In this document: positions 9,577-19,373 of the stretch, in pieces
How the letters are laid out: every line of letters begins with the position of its first letter
Position numbering within the stretch: position 1 is the first letter of the stretch
Source: an uncultured Hyphomicrobiales bacterium
Lineage (GTDB): Bacteria > Bacteroidota > Ignavibacteria > Kapaibacteriales > UBA7675
Direction: 5' to 3'
Length of the DNA stretch: 64,000 nt
NCBI GenBank assembly: GCA_964445695.1
Contig: CAYULF010000010.1
Coordinates: 57,821 to 121,820, forward strand
Position numbers and translations under genes: made by a program
The notes under the pieces: generated by a model
Told to the model about the DNA's origin: nothing
The model's input: the letters and a program-made list of their open reading frames with translations, nothing else
The model's database searches: none

Positions 9577-10587
9577 TTAATCGATCAGAATGACTTCCGT
9601 GCGCTCGCGAGCCGAAACGTACATCGCCTCGATAATGCGCATGCGCTCATAAGCCTCACGGCCTGTCGAAACTGTCGGCACCAGCCCGCGCACGGCGTTC
9701 AGAAAATGCTGAAGCTCCGTGTGATAGGACTTGCGGATGACGTTCTTGCGCGTCAGTCCCTGCAGCGGATTCATCTCCACCGAAAATTCCGAACCGACGC
9801 GTTTAATAACTTTTAACGGGTTGGCGTATGCGCTGCCTTTTGTCCCGAAGATGTTGCAGTAGTAAACTTCGTCCGGGCGCATCAAAGACCAGCTGGCTTC
9901 CATGGTTGCCACGCGATCGTCGCGGAAGTTAATAAACGCCGTTACAAAGTCTTCGACATTTTTGGTTTCGTGGTAGTGTGTGGCCGCGCGCACCGAGTGC
10001 ACTTCCGCGTAGTTAAACATCCACAACATAATGTCCAGGAGCACGATGCCCAGGTCCAGCAGCACGCCGCCGCCCGCGCGGTCGGCTTCCTCCAGCCAGC
10101 GCCGTTGGTTGGAGCGCTGTGAGAGCCAGCCGGATTTCATGTAAAACAACTCGCCCAGCTCGCCTCGCATCACTTTGTCTTTTAACAGCACGATGTCCGA
10201 ACGGAAGCGGTGATTCATGCCGACCATCAACTTGCGCCCCAGCCGTTCCGCTGTCTCCACAATTGATTTGGCTTCGCGCGCCGAACGCGAAATCGGCTTT
10301 TCGATGAAGACGTCAAGACCGCGTTCCATGCACGCTTCGGCAATCTCCTGGTGGCCGTCCGTGCTCGTGCACACCAGCACCGCATCGATATTGTCGTAGG
10401 CCAGCATCTCTTCCAGGCTGCGGCAGTAATGCGGAATCGAATAGCGCTCCGCCAGAATCTTGGCTTTGGAACGGTTCCGGTCGCACACAACGCGCAGCTC
10501 CACATTCTTGAGCGTGCTCAGGAATGGGATGTGAAAATTTTGGGCGATGTTCCCCGCCCCGATGAGAGCGACGCCGAGTTGGTTCAT
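9577..10587 (-). CDS. Gfo/Idh/MocA-family NAD(P)-dependent oxidoreductase
   Basis: N-terminal Rossmann segment VALIGAGNIAQNFHIPFL, EKPIS motif and the C-terminal alpha/beta domain. Confidence 0.8.
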   Translation of the reverse strand: MNQLGVALIGAGNIAQNFHIPFLSTLKNVELRVVCDRNRSKAKILAERYSIPHYCRSLEEMLAYDNIDAVLVCTSTDGHQEIAEACMERGLDVFIEKPISRSAREAKSIVETAERLGRKLMVGMNHRFRSDIVLLKDKVMRGELGELFYMKSGWLSQRSNQRRWLEEADRAGGGVLLDLGIVLLDIMLWMFNYAEVHSVRAATHYHETKNVEDFVTAFINFRDDRVATMEASWSLMRPDEVYYCNIFGTKGSAYANPLKVIKRVGSEFSVEMNPLQGLTRKNVIRKSYHTELQHFLNAVRGLVPTVSTGREAYERMRIIEAMYVSARERTEVILID

Positions 10588-10815
10588 AACGCGACAGGAA
10601 TTTGGATCACGATTTGCGGCATGGGTGCACCTCGGTGCACGCGCACAAAATTAGTAAAATTGCGCGTTCTTTTACACTGGAATCGCCCCCTGCGTTCCCA
10701 TTCTGGCGCTTTTCGTCTTCTTTCTTCCCAGTGGTTTCCCTGACTTTTAAATCCGCTTTTGTTTGTCCTCGGGAGAGAAGTCGTCAGTCGCCGGGTTGTG
10801 ATCAGCCCCTTTGTG

Positions 10816-11871
10816 TCAGGTCGTCAGCTCCGTCACTGCGCGCACAACCTCGGCAACCTCCATGCCCAGCATGCAGTCAAAATGTCCGCGCGGACAGTTT
10901 TTACGTCCGATATGCGTGCACGGCCGGCAGCTCAGGTCGCGCTCCACAATCTTCAGCGGCGTGCGGAAAGGCGCAAAACCCAGTGCCGGCGACGTCGAAC
11001 CAAAAATCGACACAACCGGCACGCGCCGCGCCGCCGCCAGGTGCGCCGCCGCAGAGTCATTGCTCACCACCGCGCGGCAGGTGTCGATGGCCGCGATGCT
11101 CTCCGCCGCGGAACCCGCCGCGCCCACGTCCGTCAGTTTTTCACCGTACTTGAAATGCCGTCGGAATTCAGCCATTGTTTCGGCGTCTTCCGGTCCGCCG
11201 ATCAGCACGATTCTTTCGGTACTTCCGCGTTTAATCAGTTCGTTGCCCAGTTCGGCAAAGCGTTGCGCAGGCCAGCGTTTGGTCAGGTGCCGCGCGCCCG
11301 GCGCCAGGCCGATACTGTTTCTGCCCGCGTGGAATTCCGGTATTGCCGGCCGGTACACGCCATTTGCTCTGTCTTCCGGCAGCCAGATTTCGAGCCCTTC
11401 GCCGTCGTCCGGCACGTCGAGCTGCGCCGCTGCGTCCAGATAGCGCTGCGGCACCGGTGGCAGGCTCTTTGCCCGCCGTGCGCCGCGCCAGACCAGCGCC
11501 AGTTTGCCAATGCGGTGTTTGTCGATCGTGTAAATCTCACCGCCCAACTGTTTGCGGACTTTTTTGGATCGGCGGTTGTTCTGCAGGTCGAGGATGATTT
11601 GCGGCGCGTTTCCGTTCATCGCGGCTCTGATATCGTCGGCCGTGGATGCCGCATCGCGTGCGCGGTCGTAGGCGATGACGCCGTCGACGTAGGGGGAATA
11701 GCGGTAGAGGTCGACGCCGGCCGCGCCGACGAGCATGTGAATGGTGCTGTCGGGAAAGCGCCGCCGCAGGAGGCGCGGCAGCGCTGAACAGAGAATAATA
11801 TCGCCGAAGGAGGAAAGGCGGATCAGCAGAATTGAACGCGGAGTGTTTGCAGCCGCAATATCAGTTTTCAT
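10816..11871 (-). CDS. Glycosyltransferase family 9 (ADP-heptose:LPS heptosyltransferase-like)
   Basis: ILLIRLSSFGDIILCSALPRLLRRRFP...LIGGPED...VVSNDSAAAHLAAA...VSIFGSTSP are GT9 hallmarks. Confidence 0.8.
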   Translation of the reverse strand: MKTDIAAANTPRSILLIRLSSFGDIILCSALPRLLRRRFPDSTIHMLVGAAGVDLYRYSPYVDGVIAYDRARDAASTADDIRAAMNGNAPQIILDLQNNRRSKKVRKQLGGEIYTIDKHRIGKLALVWRGARRAKSLPPVPQRYLDAAAQLDVPDDGEGLEIWLPEDRANGVYRPAIPEFHAGRNSIGLAPGARHLTKRWPAQRFAELGNELIKRGSTERIVLIGGPEDAETMAEFRRHFKYGEKLTDVGAAGSAAESIAAIDTCRAVVSNDSAAAHLAAARRVPVVSIFGSTSPALGFAPFRTPLKIVERDLSCRPCTHIGRKNCPRGHFDCMLGMEVAEVVRAVTELTT

Positions 11872-12385
11872 CCGGATTCATCGAGGGCAGCGGCAGGGAG
11901 CCGGGCACGCCCATCACGGGGAAGTCCTTGCGCAGCGGATAAATCGGCTCGCCCGACTCGGGGTCGACGTAGTCTTCCGGCATGTAGAAGCGGCGCAGAT
12001 CCGGGTGGTTCTCAAAGTAGATGCCGTACATGTCGTAGGTTTCGCGCTCGTACCAGTTGGCGCTCTCCCAGACTTCAACCAGCGAGGCCACCGACGGGTC
12101 TTTTTCGGCCAAGGATACGCGCAGGCGGATGCGGTGTTTGTGCGTCAGCGAATACAGCGTGTAAATCACGTCGTAGCGCAGCGGCCGGCGGTCGTACCAG
12201 TCGATGGCCGTAACGTCGCGCAGTTGCTCAAAACGCGTGTCGGGATTGTCGCGCAGTTCACGCGCCGCCTCAACCAGATCGTCGGCGTCAACGGTAAAGG
12301 TCAGGTCGCCGCGGTGCTCATATACGTCCACGGATCCGCAAATCGGTGCAAGCACACCCAGAACTGTTTCTTTCGTACCAGCCAC
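11861..12385 (-). CDS. nuoC: NADH-quinone oxidoreductase subunit C-like (30-kDa subunit family), stand-alone
   Basis: DVTAIDWYD...RIRLRVSL...SLVEVWESANWYERETYDMYGIYFENHPDLRR matches the Nqo5/NuoC fold. No other nuo genes are adjacent. Confidence 0.7.
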   Translation of the reverse strand: MAGTKETVLGVLAPICGSVDVYEHRGDLTFTVDADDLVEAARELRDNPDTRFEQLRDVTAIDWYDRRPLRYDVIYTLYSLTHKHRIRLRVSLAEKDPSVASLVEVWESANWYERETYDMYGIYFENHPDLRRFYMPEDYVDPESGEPIYPLRKDFPVMGVPGSLPLPSMNPDEN

Positions 12386-12398
12386 GACGATTTCCCCC

Positions 12399-13067
12399 TT
12401 AGTCCTTGTTGAGCGGAGTTTCCACCCGCGTTTTGATTGATTTGCGCCGCGCGCGCACGTATTCCGGCACCGTGCCGAAAACGTAGTCCCACAGCGGGTT
12501 GCTCACACCATACGCCGTTGAATCATCGACGAAATGGTGTTTCATGTGATATTCCTTCAGGAAATGTCCAACCCGCCCGTTCAGGCGCATGTGATGCGTT
12601 GCGTAATGAATGCTGTCGTATGACACGTAGCCGAACAGGAAGCCGGCAAAAATGGCCTCGGCGGCAGCTGCGAACAGCAGGTCAAACAGTCCGTAAAACG
12701 CAACGGCCAGCGGCAGGCTGACCAAAAGAGGCATCACCAGGCGCGTGCTGTCGCGCGGATAATCATGGTGAATGCCGTGCACCAGAAAGTGCAATTTTTT
12801 TGCGAGGTCCGACCTGGGCTCATAGTGAAAAGCCCAGCGATGAATCGCGTATTCCGTAAATGTCCACAGCGCCGTCCCGCCCAGAAACGCGAGTGCGATC
12901 TGCCAGACCGCAATTTGATCGAAACTCAACCACAACATCACTCCGATAACAGGCACAAACACAACGACCGGCGTGGCCGGATGAATGTGCGAGAAGTACT
13001 CGAGAATCGGATTCTTGAAGAGCGGAATTGTCTCGTCTTTGTTCGATATGAACTTTGCTTTTGCCAT
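12399..13067 (-). CDS. Fatty acid hydroxylase / sterol desaturase superfamily membrane protein
   Basis: Histidine boxes HRWAFH, HGIHHDYPRD and HHMRLNGRVGHFLKEYHMKHH. Start placed at MAKAKF. Confidence 0.75.
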   Translation of the reverse strand: MAKAKFISNKDETIPLFKNPILEYFSHIHPATPVVVFVPVIGVMLWLSFDQIAVWQIALAFLGGTALWTFTEYAIHRWAFHYEPRSDLAKKLHFLVHGIHHDYPRDSTRLVMPLLVSLPLAVAFYGLFDLLFAAAAEAIFAGFLFGYVSYDSIHYATHHMRLNGRVGHFLKEYHMKHHFVDDSTAYGVSNPLWDYVFGTVPEYVRARRKSIKTRVETPLNKD

Positions 13068-13270
13068 GTCTGTGGCCTTCCGGATAGAGCAATGATTGCT
13101 GGACCAACGAACAACAATCACCCCGCAATCTACGGAAATTTCTCCATTTTCGATTTTGGCGTCCGGGATTGCGGCAGGGGTGATTTGCCGGGCTGCAAAC
13201 GACGAGCGAGGAACTTTTGTAGTTTTGCCGCTTCAGTTCCTGTTGACCAGCATTTGAACGGAATGACTCT

Positions 13271-14044
13271 ATGCGTTTGAACAACAAGATTGCCCTGATC
13301 AGCGGCGCATCTGCGGGTATCGGCCGAGCCACGGCCCGCAGCCTGGCGGCGGAAGGCGCTCGCCTCATCCTCACCGCGCGCCGCCGCGAACGCCTCGAAG
13401 AGCTGGCGGCCGAGCTGAAAAACGAATTCGGAACCGAATCGTTCCTCATTCCGCTCGACGTGCGGGTGCAATCGGACGTCGAAAAACAGATCAAAAACCT
13501 GCCGGCCGAGTGGCGGAATATCGACATCCTCGTCAACAATGCCGGTCTCTCGCGTGGACTGGAGCCGCTGCAGGAAGGTCTGATCGACAACTGGGAAGAG
13601 ATGATCGACACCAACGTCAAAGGGCTGCTTTATATGTCGCGCGCGGTCATGCCCGGCCTGCTGGCGCGCAACGACGGGATCATCGTGAATATCGGTTCGA
13701 TCGCCGGGCGCGAAGTGTACCCGGGCGGCAATGTCTACTGCGCCACCAAACACGCCGTCAAGGCGATTTCCGACGGCATGCGCATCGACACCAATGGTTC
13801 CGGCGTGCGGGTGGTCAACATCGACCCCGGTCTGGTCGAAACCGAGTTTGCCGGCGTGCGTTTTCACGGCGATCAGGAGCGCGCCCGCAAAGTCTACGAG
13901 GGTTATACGCCGCTGCGCGGCGAGGATGTGGCCGAAGCCGTTCTCTTTGCGGTTACGCGTCCGAAACACGTCGTCATTGCCGACATGCTGATTTTTCCGG
14001 CCGACCAGGCTTCGTCCACAATTGTCAATAAAACGCAGTCCTGA
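13271..14044 (+). CDS. Short-chain dehydrogenase/reductase (YdfG-like NADP-dependent oxidoreductase)
   Basis: ALISGASAGIGRATA (TGxxxGIG), NNAG, catalytic S...YCATK, and PG motifs. Confidence 0.85.
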   Translation: MRLNNKIALISGASAGIGRATARSLAAEGARLILTARRRERLEELAAELKNEFGTESFLIPLDVRVQSDVEKQIKNLPAEWRNIDILVNNAGLSRGLEPLQEGLIDNWEEMIDTNVKGLLYMSRAVMPGLLARNDGIIVNIGSIAGREVYPGGNVYCATKHAVKAISDGMRIDTNGSGVRVVNIDPGLVETEFAGVRFHGDQERARKVYEGYTPLRGEDVAEAVLFAVTRPKHVVIADMLIFPADQASSTIVNKTQS

Positions 14045-14092
14045 GCGCGGCGCGCGACCGGAAGCACTCTAAAACAAAGGTCGGACCGAGGC

Positions 14093-15202
14093 ATGGCCGA
14101 AATCACGCTCGACGGGCTCAACAAAGTTTACGACAATGGTTTTAACGCCGTGCGCGACGTCTCCCTGGACGTCGCCGAAGGTGAATTTCTGGTGCTGCTC
14201 GGCCCGTCCGGCTGCGGCAAATCCACCACGCTGCGGATGATAGCCGGCCTGGAGGAGATCAGCAGCGGGAAGTTGTTGTTCGACGGCGAGGACGTCACAC
14301 ACCGCGCCGCGCGCGAACGCGACGTCGGAATGGTTTTCCAGAATTACGCGCTCTATCCACACCTGACGGTGTTTGAGAATATCGCTTTTCCGCTGCGCAT
14401 CCAGAAGCTGGCAAAAACGGACGTGGCGGCGCGTGTGCAGGCCACCTCAACCATGCTGGGTCTGGACGAACTGCTGGAGCGCAAACCCAAACAGCTCAGC
14501 GGCGGCCAGCGGCAGCGCGTGGCACTGGGACGCGCCATCGTTCGCAAACCGCGCGTATTCCTGTTTGACGAACCGCTGTCCAATCTGGACGCCAAACTGC
14601 GCATGCGCATGCGCAGCGAGATTATTCAGCTGCATCGCAGCATCGGCGTAGCGGCTGTGTATGTGACGCACGACCAGACCGAGGCAATGACGATGGGCGA
14701 CCGCATCGCCATCATGAACGGCGGGGAACTGGTGCAGCTGGGCACGCCGCGCGAGGTCTACGACAATCCGGCGGATCGTTTTGTGGCCGGTTTTCTCGGC
14801 AGCCCAAGCATGAATTTTTTTGAGGGCGAGCTGCGCGACGGTCGTTTTTTCAGCGAAGACGGCGACGGAATTCAACTGGAGCTGGATGCGCGGTCCTTCA
14901 CGGGCGCGCCGCCAAGCGGCCGATGCAAGGTAGCCGTCGGCATTCGACCCGAAGCCTTGCATCGACGCGAAGCGGAGTTTATGTCGGTCGAAGCGGCTGG
15001 AGACCTGCGCGTTTTTGATGCGAAGATTGAACTACAGGAATACCTGGGACACGAGTTGCTGCTGCACTTCCGGACCGGTGACAAACAAAAAACAGCCAGA
15101 AGCGCCGGAGCAGACGAAGCCGCGACGGCAAGCGAGAATCAGCGGTTTTATGTGAGGTCGACCGATATTTTTGTGTTTGATGATTCCGGGAAGAGAATGT
15201 GA
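14093..15202 (+). CDS. ABC transporter ATP-binding protein, MalK/UgpC/MsiK-type (with C-terminal TOBE-like regulatory domain); no permease gene adjacent
   Basis: Walker A GPSGCGKST, Q-loop, signature LSGGQRQRVALGRA, Walker B FLFDEPLSNLD, H-loop VTHDQ, plus a C-terminal MalK-like extension. Confidence 0.85.
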   Translation: MAEITLDGLNKVYDNGFNAVRDVSLDVAEGEFLVLLGPSGCGKSTTLRMIAGLEEISSGKLLFDGEDVTHRAARERDVGMVFQNYALYPHLTVFENIAFPLRIQKLAKTDVAARVQATSTMLGLDELLERKPKQLSGGQRQRVALGRAIVRKPRVFLFDEPLSNLDAKLRMRMRSEIIQLHRSIGVAAVYVTHDQTEAMTMGDRIAIMNGGELVQLGTPREVYDNPADRFVAGFLGSPSMNFFEGELRDGRFFSEDGDGIQLELDARSFTGAPPSGRCKVAVGIRPEALHRREAEFMSVEAAGDLRVFDAKIELQEYLGHELLLHFRTGDKQKTARSAGADEAATASENQRFYVRSTDIFVFDDSGKRM

Positions 15203-15238
15203 GGTGTCGGTTGAAGTCGTACGAGTGAATATCCTGAA

Positions 15239-15967
15239 TCACAATTCCATGTGGTTGTAGTCGCGCATGATTGTGCGCAGAAAATCGAATGGCTCTTCGG
15301 CGGAAACAATTCCCGTGCGATTCTTGATTTTCTGAGCGGCGCTGCTGACCAGGTGTTTGAGAGCTTTGTTGCGCGGTCCGCGGTGGTAGCGTTCCAGAAT
15401 GTCGCGAATGAGTGAGATGTCGCTTTCGCGCAGATACTCCACCTGCGGATAGTGGATTTTGTAGCCTTCGATCTGATTCATGAGAATAGTGTCGTCCAGA
15501 CTCAAACGGCGAGAAACCTGTACGACGGTTGTACCGGCGGCCAGATCGCCCAGGCGTTGACCGCGCCCGTTGATGAGCACAACGATCAGTGCAAAAATGT
15601 TGCAGGCGAACTTTTCAACGAAGCCGATTATCCAGCGGATCAGGTAGCTTTCAATGGTTGCCTGTGTGCCGTCGATGCGCACCACGCGGATTTTCATGAT
15701 GCGTTTGCCGATCGTCTGGCCGTCCATGAGCGATTCTGTCACCGCGTCGTACAGAACAACCGGAAGCGAGAGCACAAACTGGAGCGTAACGAGTGTCCAG
15801 TTGCCGTGGTCCAAACCAAATGCCGGCACGACGAAAAACAGCATGGCGAGGACGTAGGCCAATTGAATCATGAAATCGATGCCGTAAGCCATCATGCGCG
15901 TGCCGACGTTGGCGACTTCATAGTCGATGGTGACATTCTGTGCGGTGTCTATCGAGATTCTTTCCAT
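15239..15967 (-). CDS. RDD-family membrane protein
   Basis: N-terminal RMMAYGIDFMIQ, transmembrane segments and the RLGDLAAGTTVV motif typical of RDD proteins. Confidence 0.75.
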   Translation of the reverse strand: MERISIDTAQNVTIDYEVANVGTRMMAYGIDFMIQLAYVLAMLFFVVPAFGLDHGNWTLVTLQFVLSLPVVLYDAVTESLMDGQTIGKRIMKIRVVRIDGTQATIESYLIRWIIGFVEKFACNIFALIVVLINGRGQRLGDLAAGTTVVQVSRRLSLDDTILMNQIEGYKIHYPQVEYLRESDISLIRDILERYHRGPRNKALKHLVSSAAQKIKNRTGIVSAEEPFDFLRTIMRDYNHMEL

Positions 15968-16050
15968 ATCGTCAGCTTTTTGTGTAACTTCAGCGCCGAA
16001 GCAATTTACCGGAAAAATAGTTAATTCTCTGGTGACTAAGACAAAAACGC

Positions 16051-17040
16051 ATGCGTGAAATCACCTTTCTGAAACGCAACCGCGAGAAATGGGAGAAGTA
16101 CGAGGAAATTCTCGCGAACGCCCGCCACACGGATGCGGATACGCTGGCCCAGTTGTTCGTGGAGCTGACCGACGATCTGTCGTACGCGCGCACGTACTAC
16201 CCGAAAAGCAAAACGACGCAATATCTCAACCAGCTGGCGGCGGATGTGCACCGCAATATTTATCGCACGCGCAAGCAGAATCTGAGCACGATCAAAAGAT
16301 TCTGGGTCTACGACCTGCCCATGGCCTTGACGCGGCGCCGTCGCGAGTTATTCGCGTCGCTGGCTATCTACCTCTTTGCCTTTGCCGTCGGCATGTACTC
16401 CAGCGCGGTGGACGATTCATTTGTCCGCATGATCATGGGGGACGGGTATGTGAACCTGACGATTGAGAATATCGAGAAGGGCGACCCGCTGGCAATATAC
16501 AAGGACGAAGAGTTGACGGCGATGGCGACCGGCATCGGGTTCAACAACACCTTTTATGCCTTCATCACATTTGTTCACGGCTTGTATTGGGACCCGTACT
16601 GCGCCGAAATGATTTTCAGTACCGGCGTGATGGTCGGCAGTTTTCATCAGATGTTTATCAACCGGGACCTCGGTTTTGAGATGTTCCGGGTTGTGTATAT
16701 ACACGGTGCGCTGGAATTGAGCGCCATCGTGATCGCCGGCGGAGCGGGCATATCGCTGCTTTTCGGTTTTTTGTTTCCGGGGACGCACGGTCGCCTGCGT
16801 TCTTTTGGACAGGCCGTCCTAGACGGTTTGCGCATCATGCTGGGCCTGGTACCTGTTTTCGGGATGGCCGCACTGCTCGAAGGTTTTGTGACGCGACATA
16901 CGGAAATGCCGCTGCTCCTCAGTCTGATCATCATCGGCGGCTCGTTTGCGTTCATTATTTGGTACTTTATACTCTACCCAATGACCGTAGCCCGGTCGCA
17001 ACTGAAATTATCAGGAGACATCCCGAATGGACTATCGTGA
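16051..17040 (+). CDS. SpoIIM-like / DUF95 integral membrane protein
   Basis: N-terminal soluble region followed by about 5 TM helices (HGALELSAIVIAGGAG) characteristic of the stage II sporulation protein M family. Occupies the expected position in the RDD-MoxR neighbourhood. Confidence 0.65.
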   Translation: MREITFLKRNREKWEKYEEILANARHTDADTLAQLFVELTDDLSYARTYYPKSKTTQYLNQLAADVHRNIYRTRKQNLSTIKRFWVYDLPMALTRRRRELFASLAIYLFAFAVGMYSSAVDDSFVRMIMGDGYVNLTIENIEKGDPLAIYKDEELTAMATGIGFNNTFYAFITFVHGLYWDPYCAEMIFSTGVMVGSFHQMFINRDLGFEMFRVVYIHGALELSAIVIAGGAGISLLFGFLFPGTHGRLRSFGQAVLDGLRIMLGLVPVFGMAALLEGFVTRHTEMPLLLSLIIIGGSFAFIIWYFILYPMTVARSQLKLSGDIPNGLS

Positions 17041-18103
17041 GGACTACATTGACCTGCGACAACAGCGCGATTTCGGCCAGATGCTGTCGGCCACTTTCGG
17101 CATTGTGCGCAGGGAATTCGTCCCCCTCATCAAGGCTCTGCTCGTGTTGGCCGGTCCGTTTATTATTGCCGGCGCAATCATCAGCGTATTTGTTCAGATA
17201 GCCGCGATCGAAGCCGCACAGGCGATGCTGACCTTGCCGCAGGAAGATCCGATGATGATGTTCAAGGCAATGATGGGTGCGGCGGGCGCGGGCATCGGCC
17301 TGACCATGCTGGCATTCGCGATCGGAACGGCAACCAGTTTTTCGATTGCCTGGACCGGCTATGAATACGTGCGACTCTACATGGAGCGTGGCGAAGGCAA
17401 TATTTCAGTCGGCGACGTTGCGCGCGCTATCGGCAATGACTTCGGCGTTCTGCTGGGCACTTCGATCGTTGCGTACATTCTGTTGGTAATCGGTTTTATG
17501 TTCTGCATCCTGCCGGGAATCTACCTGTTGGTGCCGATGAGTTTTCTCATCATTGGTCGAATCATGCAGCGCGACAGCAGCATCGGCGATAGTTTCAGCC
17601 AGGCATTTGAGTTTACCAAGGAACGCTACTGGGTGTCGCTGTTCACGATTATTGTCGTGATTCTGATACAGATTGTAGTGAGTTATGGACTGTCACTGCC
17701 GCTGTCGAACTATACCGCGGAAATGACTTTTGTCGGCGTGGATGCATTTGACAAGGTGCATGCCCTGTTGTTGGCGCTGGTGCACAACTTTACAAATCTG
17801 TTGGGTGTTCTGCCCGCGATTGCAGGCGTTGTGATCTATGTGGGCGCGCGCGAATACCACCGCGCCGACTCGCTCTACGACGAAGTAGAGGGCATGGACA
17901 TGGAGCAGGACGACGATGGCTATGGTGCTTCAAGCGCCGATTCCTACGGCGGCTACGGCAACGACGAGTCCGGCAACAATGATTCCGACGACGATGCGCG
18001 TTGGCAGTCGCCGTCGTCCGGCGATGATTCATCCGACGATGACGCCGACCGCTGGAAAGGCCCCGACAGGTCGGGCAGCGACGATGATGACCGAAATTCC
18101 TGA
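17027..18103 (+). CDS. Multi-pass membrane protein, paralog A of a tandem triplet; acidic Asp/Gly/Ser-rich C-terminal tail
   Basis: Shares the motif ILPGIYLLVPMSF...ERYWVSLFTI with the next two ORFs. Tail is DDDGYGASSADSYGGYGNDESGNNDSDDD. Confidence 0.6.
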   Translation: MDYREDYIDLRQQRDFGQMLSATFGIVRREFVPLIKALLVLAGPFIIAGAIISVFVQIAAIEAAQAMLTLPQEDPMMMFKAMMGAAGAGIGLTMLAFAIGTATSFSIAWTGYEYVRLYMERGEGNISVGDVARAIGNDFGVLLGTSIVAYILLVIGFMFCILPGIYLLVPMSFLIIGRIMQRDSSIGDSFSQAFEFTKERYWVSLFTIIVVILIQIVVSYGLSLPLSNYTAEMTFVGVDAFDKVHALLLALVHNFTNLLGVLPAIAGVVIYVGAREYHRADSLYDEVEGMDMEQDDDGYGASSADSYGGYGNDESGNNDSDDDARWQSPSSGDDSSDDDADRWKGPDRSGSDDDDRNS

Positions 18104-18260
18104 CGATCGCATTTAACACGGGCCGATATGCTGCGGCAGTCGGCCTGTGATGTTTTATTATCCCTCCCCCCCAAATCCCGGTTGCCCTGTTCAGTATCCA
18201 GTCACGTTGTACTCCCGGAGACTTCAGACCGCATCATATACTTTGATCACGTGATCTCAA

Positions 18261-19373
18261 TTGCCGGAGACCATTGCTGCCATGCCAAACGACGAGCTGT
18301 TCAGTTCCGATTTCATTGAGTTCCGCCGGGTTCGCAACGTCGGCCAGATTCTTGGCGATACCTTTGGCTTTATGCGTCAGGAATACAAACTGATGTTAAG
18401 GTCATTCGCAAGGACTGCAGGACCGTGGCTGCTGGCGGCATTTGTTTTTGTTCTGGTCGGAGCAATTGTAAGCCCGGGCGGACTGGCTTCGGGAAGCACG
18501 GGGTCACACTACGATCCCGCTACCGATACCTACGTGGACAGCTCCGGCGGATCCGGTTCCTTTTTTGGTTTGCTGTTTATCCTGGGAATGATTTCCGGGG
18601 CGGTCGGAATGTACTTCCTGATCGCCACGAGCATCAATTACTGCGGCGTTTACGTGCGTATGGGCGCCGGCAATTTTGACGTGCAGGATATCCGGGAGGC
18701 GGTGAAAAAAGACGGCGGCCGCACTTTCCTGGGCGCTCTGATCAGTAACGTCGTAACGTCCATCGCATCCAACCTGTGTTTTTTCCCGGGTTTATACCTG
18801 AGCGTTCCGATGAACCTGATGATGGTCGAATACATTCTGGAGCGCGACACGACTATCAGCGGGGCATTCAGCGAAGGATTTACGCTCAGCAAAGATCGCT
18901 GGTGGGTGTCGTTTTTATCGTCCTTTACGATCAGCATCATACTGGTTGCGGCCGCTGTAGTTGTTGTGTTTTCTCCCTTCTTGGCGCCGGACGCCGCGGA
19001 TCCCCACGAGTCTATCAACATAGTGACTTTTGTGCAGGGCGTTCTCTTTCTGGCCATTCTGGTCGCGGCGGGAGCGATCTTGTTTTCCATGTACCAGATC
19101 TGCAACGTGTTCATCTACTACTCCAACCGCGAGTACCATTTCGGCGATTCGATAGCCGAAGAGATCGACAATATTGACGGCGCCGAGTTTGACGAATTCG
19201 ACGAAGAATTGCGGCGCGACGCGAACTATCGTTCACGGGAAGACGATGAACCCGCCGCCGATGATCCGATCCGTTGGAGCCGCGCGCCGCGCGACAATCC
19301 CGACGAGAAAAATTCCAGTGAAGACGGTCCGGGCGACACGGCCGGCGGCGACGATCGTGAATTCAGAGGATGA
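18261..19373 (+). CDS. Multi-pass membrane protein, paralog B of the tandem triplet; acidic C-terminal tail
   Basis: FFPGLYLSVPMNLMMVEYILERDTTISGAFSEGFTLSKDRWWVSFLS aligns with paralogs A and C. Confidence 0.6.
   Translation: MPETIAAMPNDELFSSDFIEFRRVRNVGQILGDTFGFMRQEYKLMLRSFARTAGPWLLAAFVFVLVGAIVSPGGLASGSTGSHYDPATDTYVDSSGGSGSFFGLLFILGMISGAVGMYFLIATSINYCGVYVRMGAGNFDVQDIREAVKKDGGRTFLGALISNVVTSIASNLCFFPGLYLSVPMNLMMVEYILERDTTISGAFSEGFTLSKDRWWVSFLSSFTISIILVAAAVVVVFSPFLAPDAADPHESINIVTFVQGVLFLAILVAAGAILFSMYQICNVFIYYSNREYHFGDSIAEEIDNIDGAEFDEFDEELRRDANYRSREDDEPAADDPIRWSRAPRDNPDEKNSSEDGPGDTAGGDDREFRG

Noticed and set aside
10602-11443. Pro/Arg-rich ORFs 10602-11153 and 10811-11443 as genes
   Set aside because: They overlap the well-supported GT9 heptosyltransferase on the opposite strand or in another frame, and their composition is low-complexity.
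4113-19373. Halophile-type globally acidic proteome (Salinibacter-like) as the explanation for the acidic tails
   Set aside because: Outside the low-complexity tails, the proteins have ordinary charge composition. The acidity is confined to repeat-encoded extensions.
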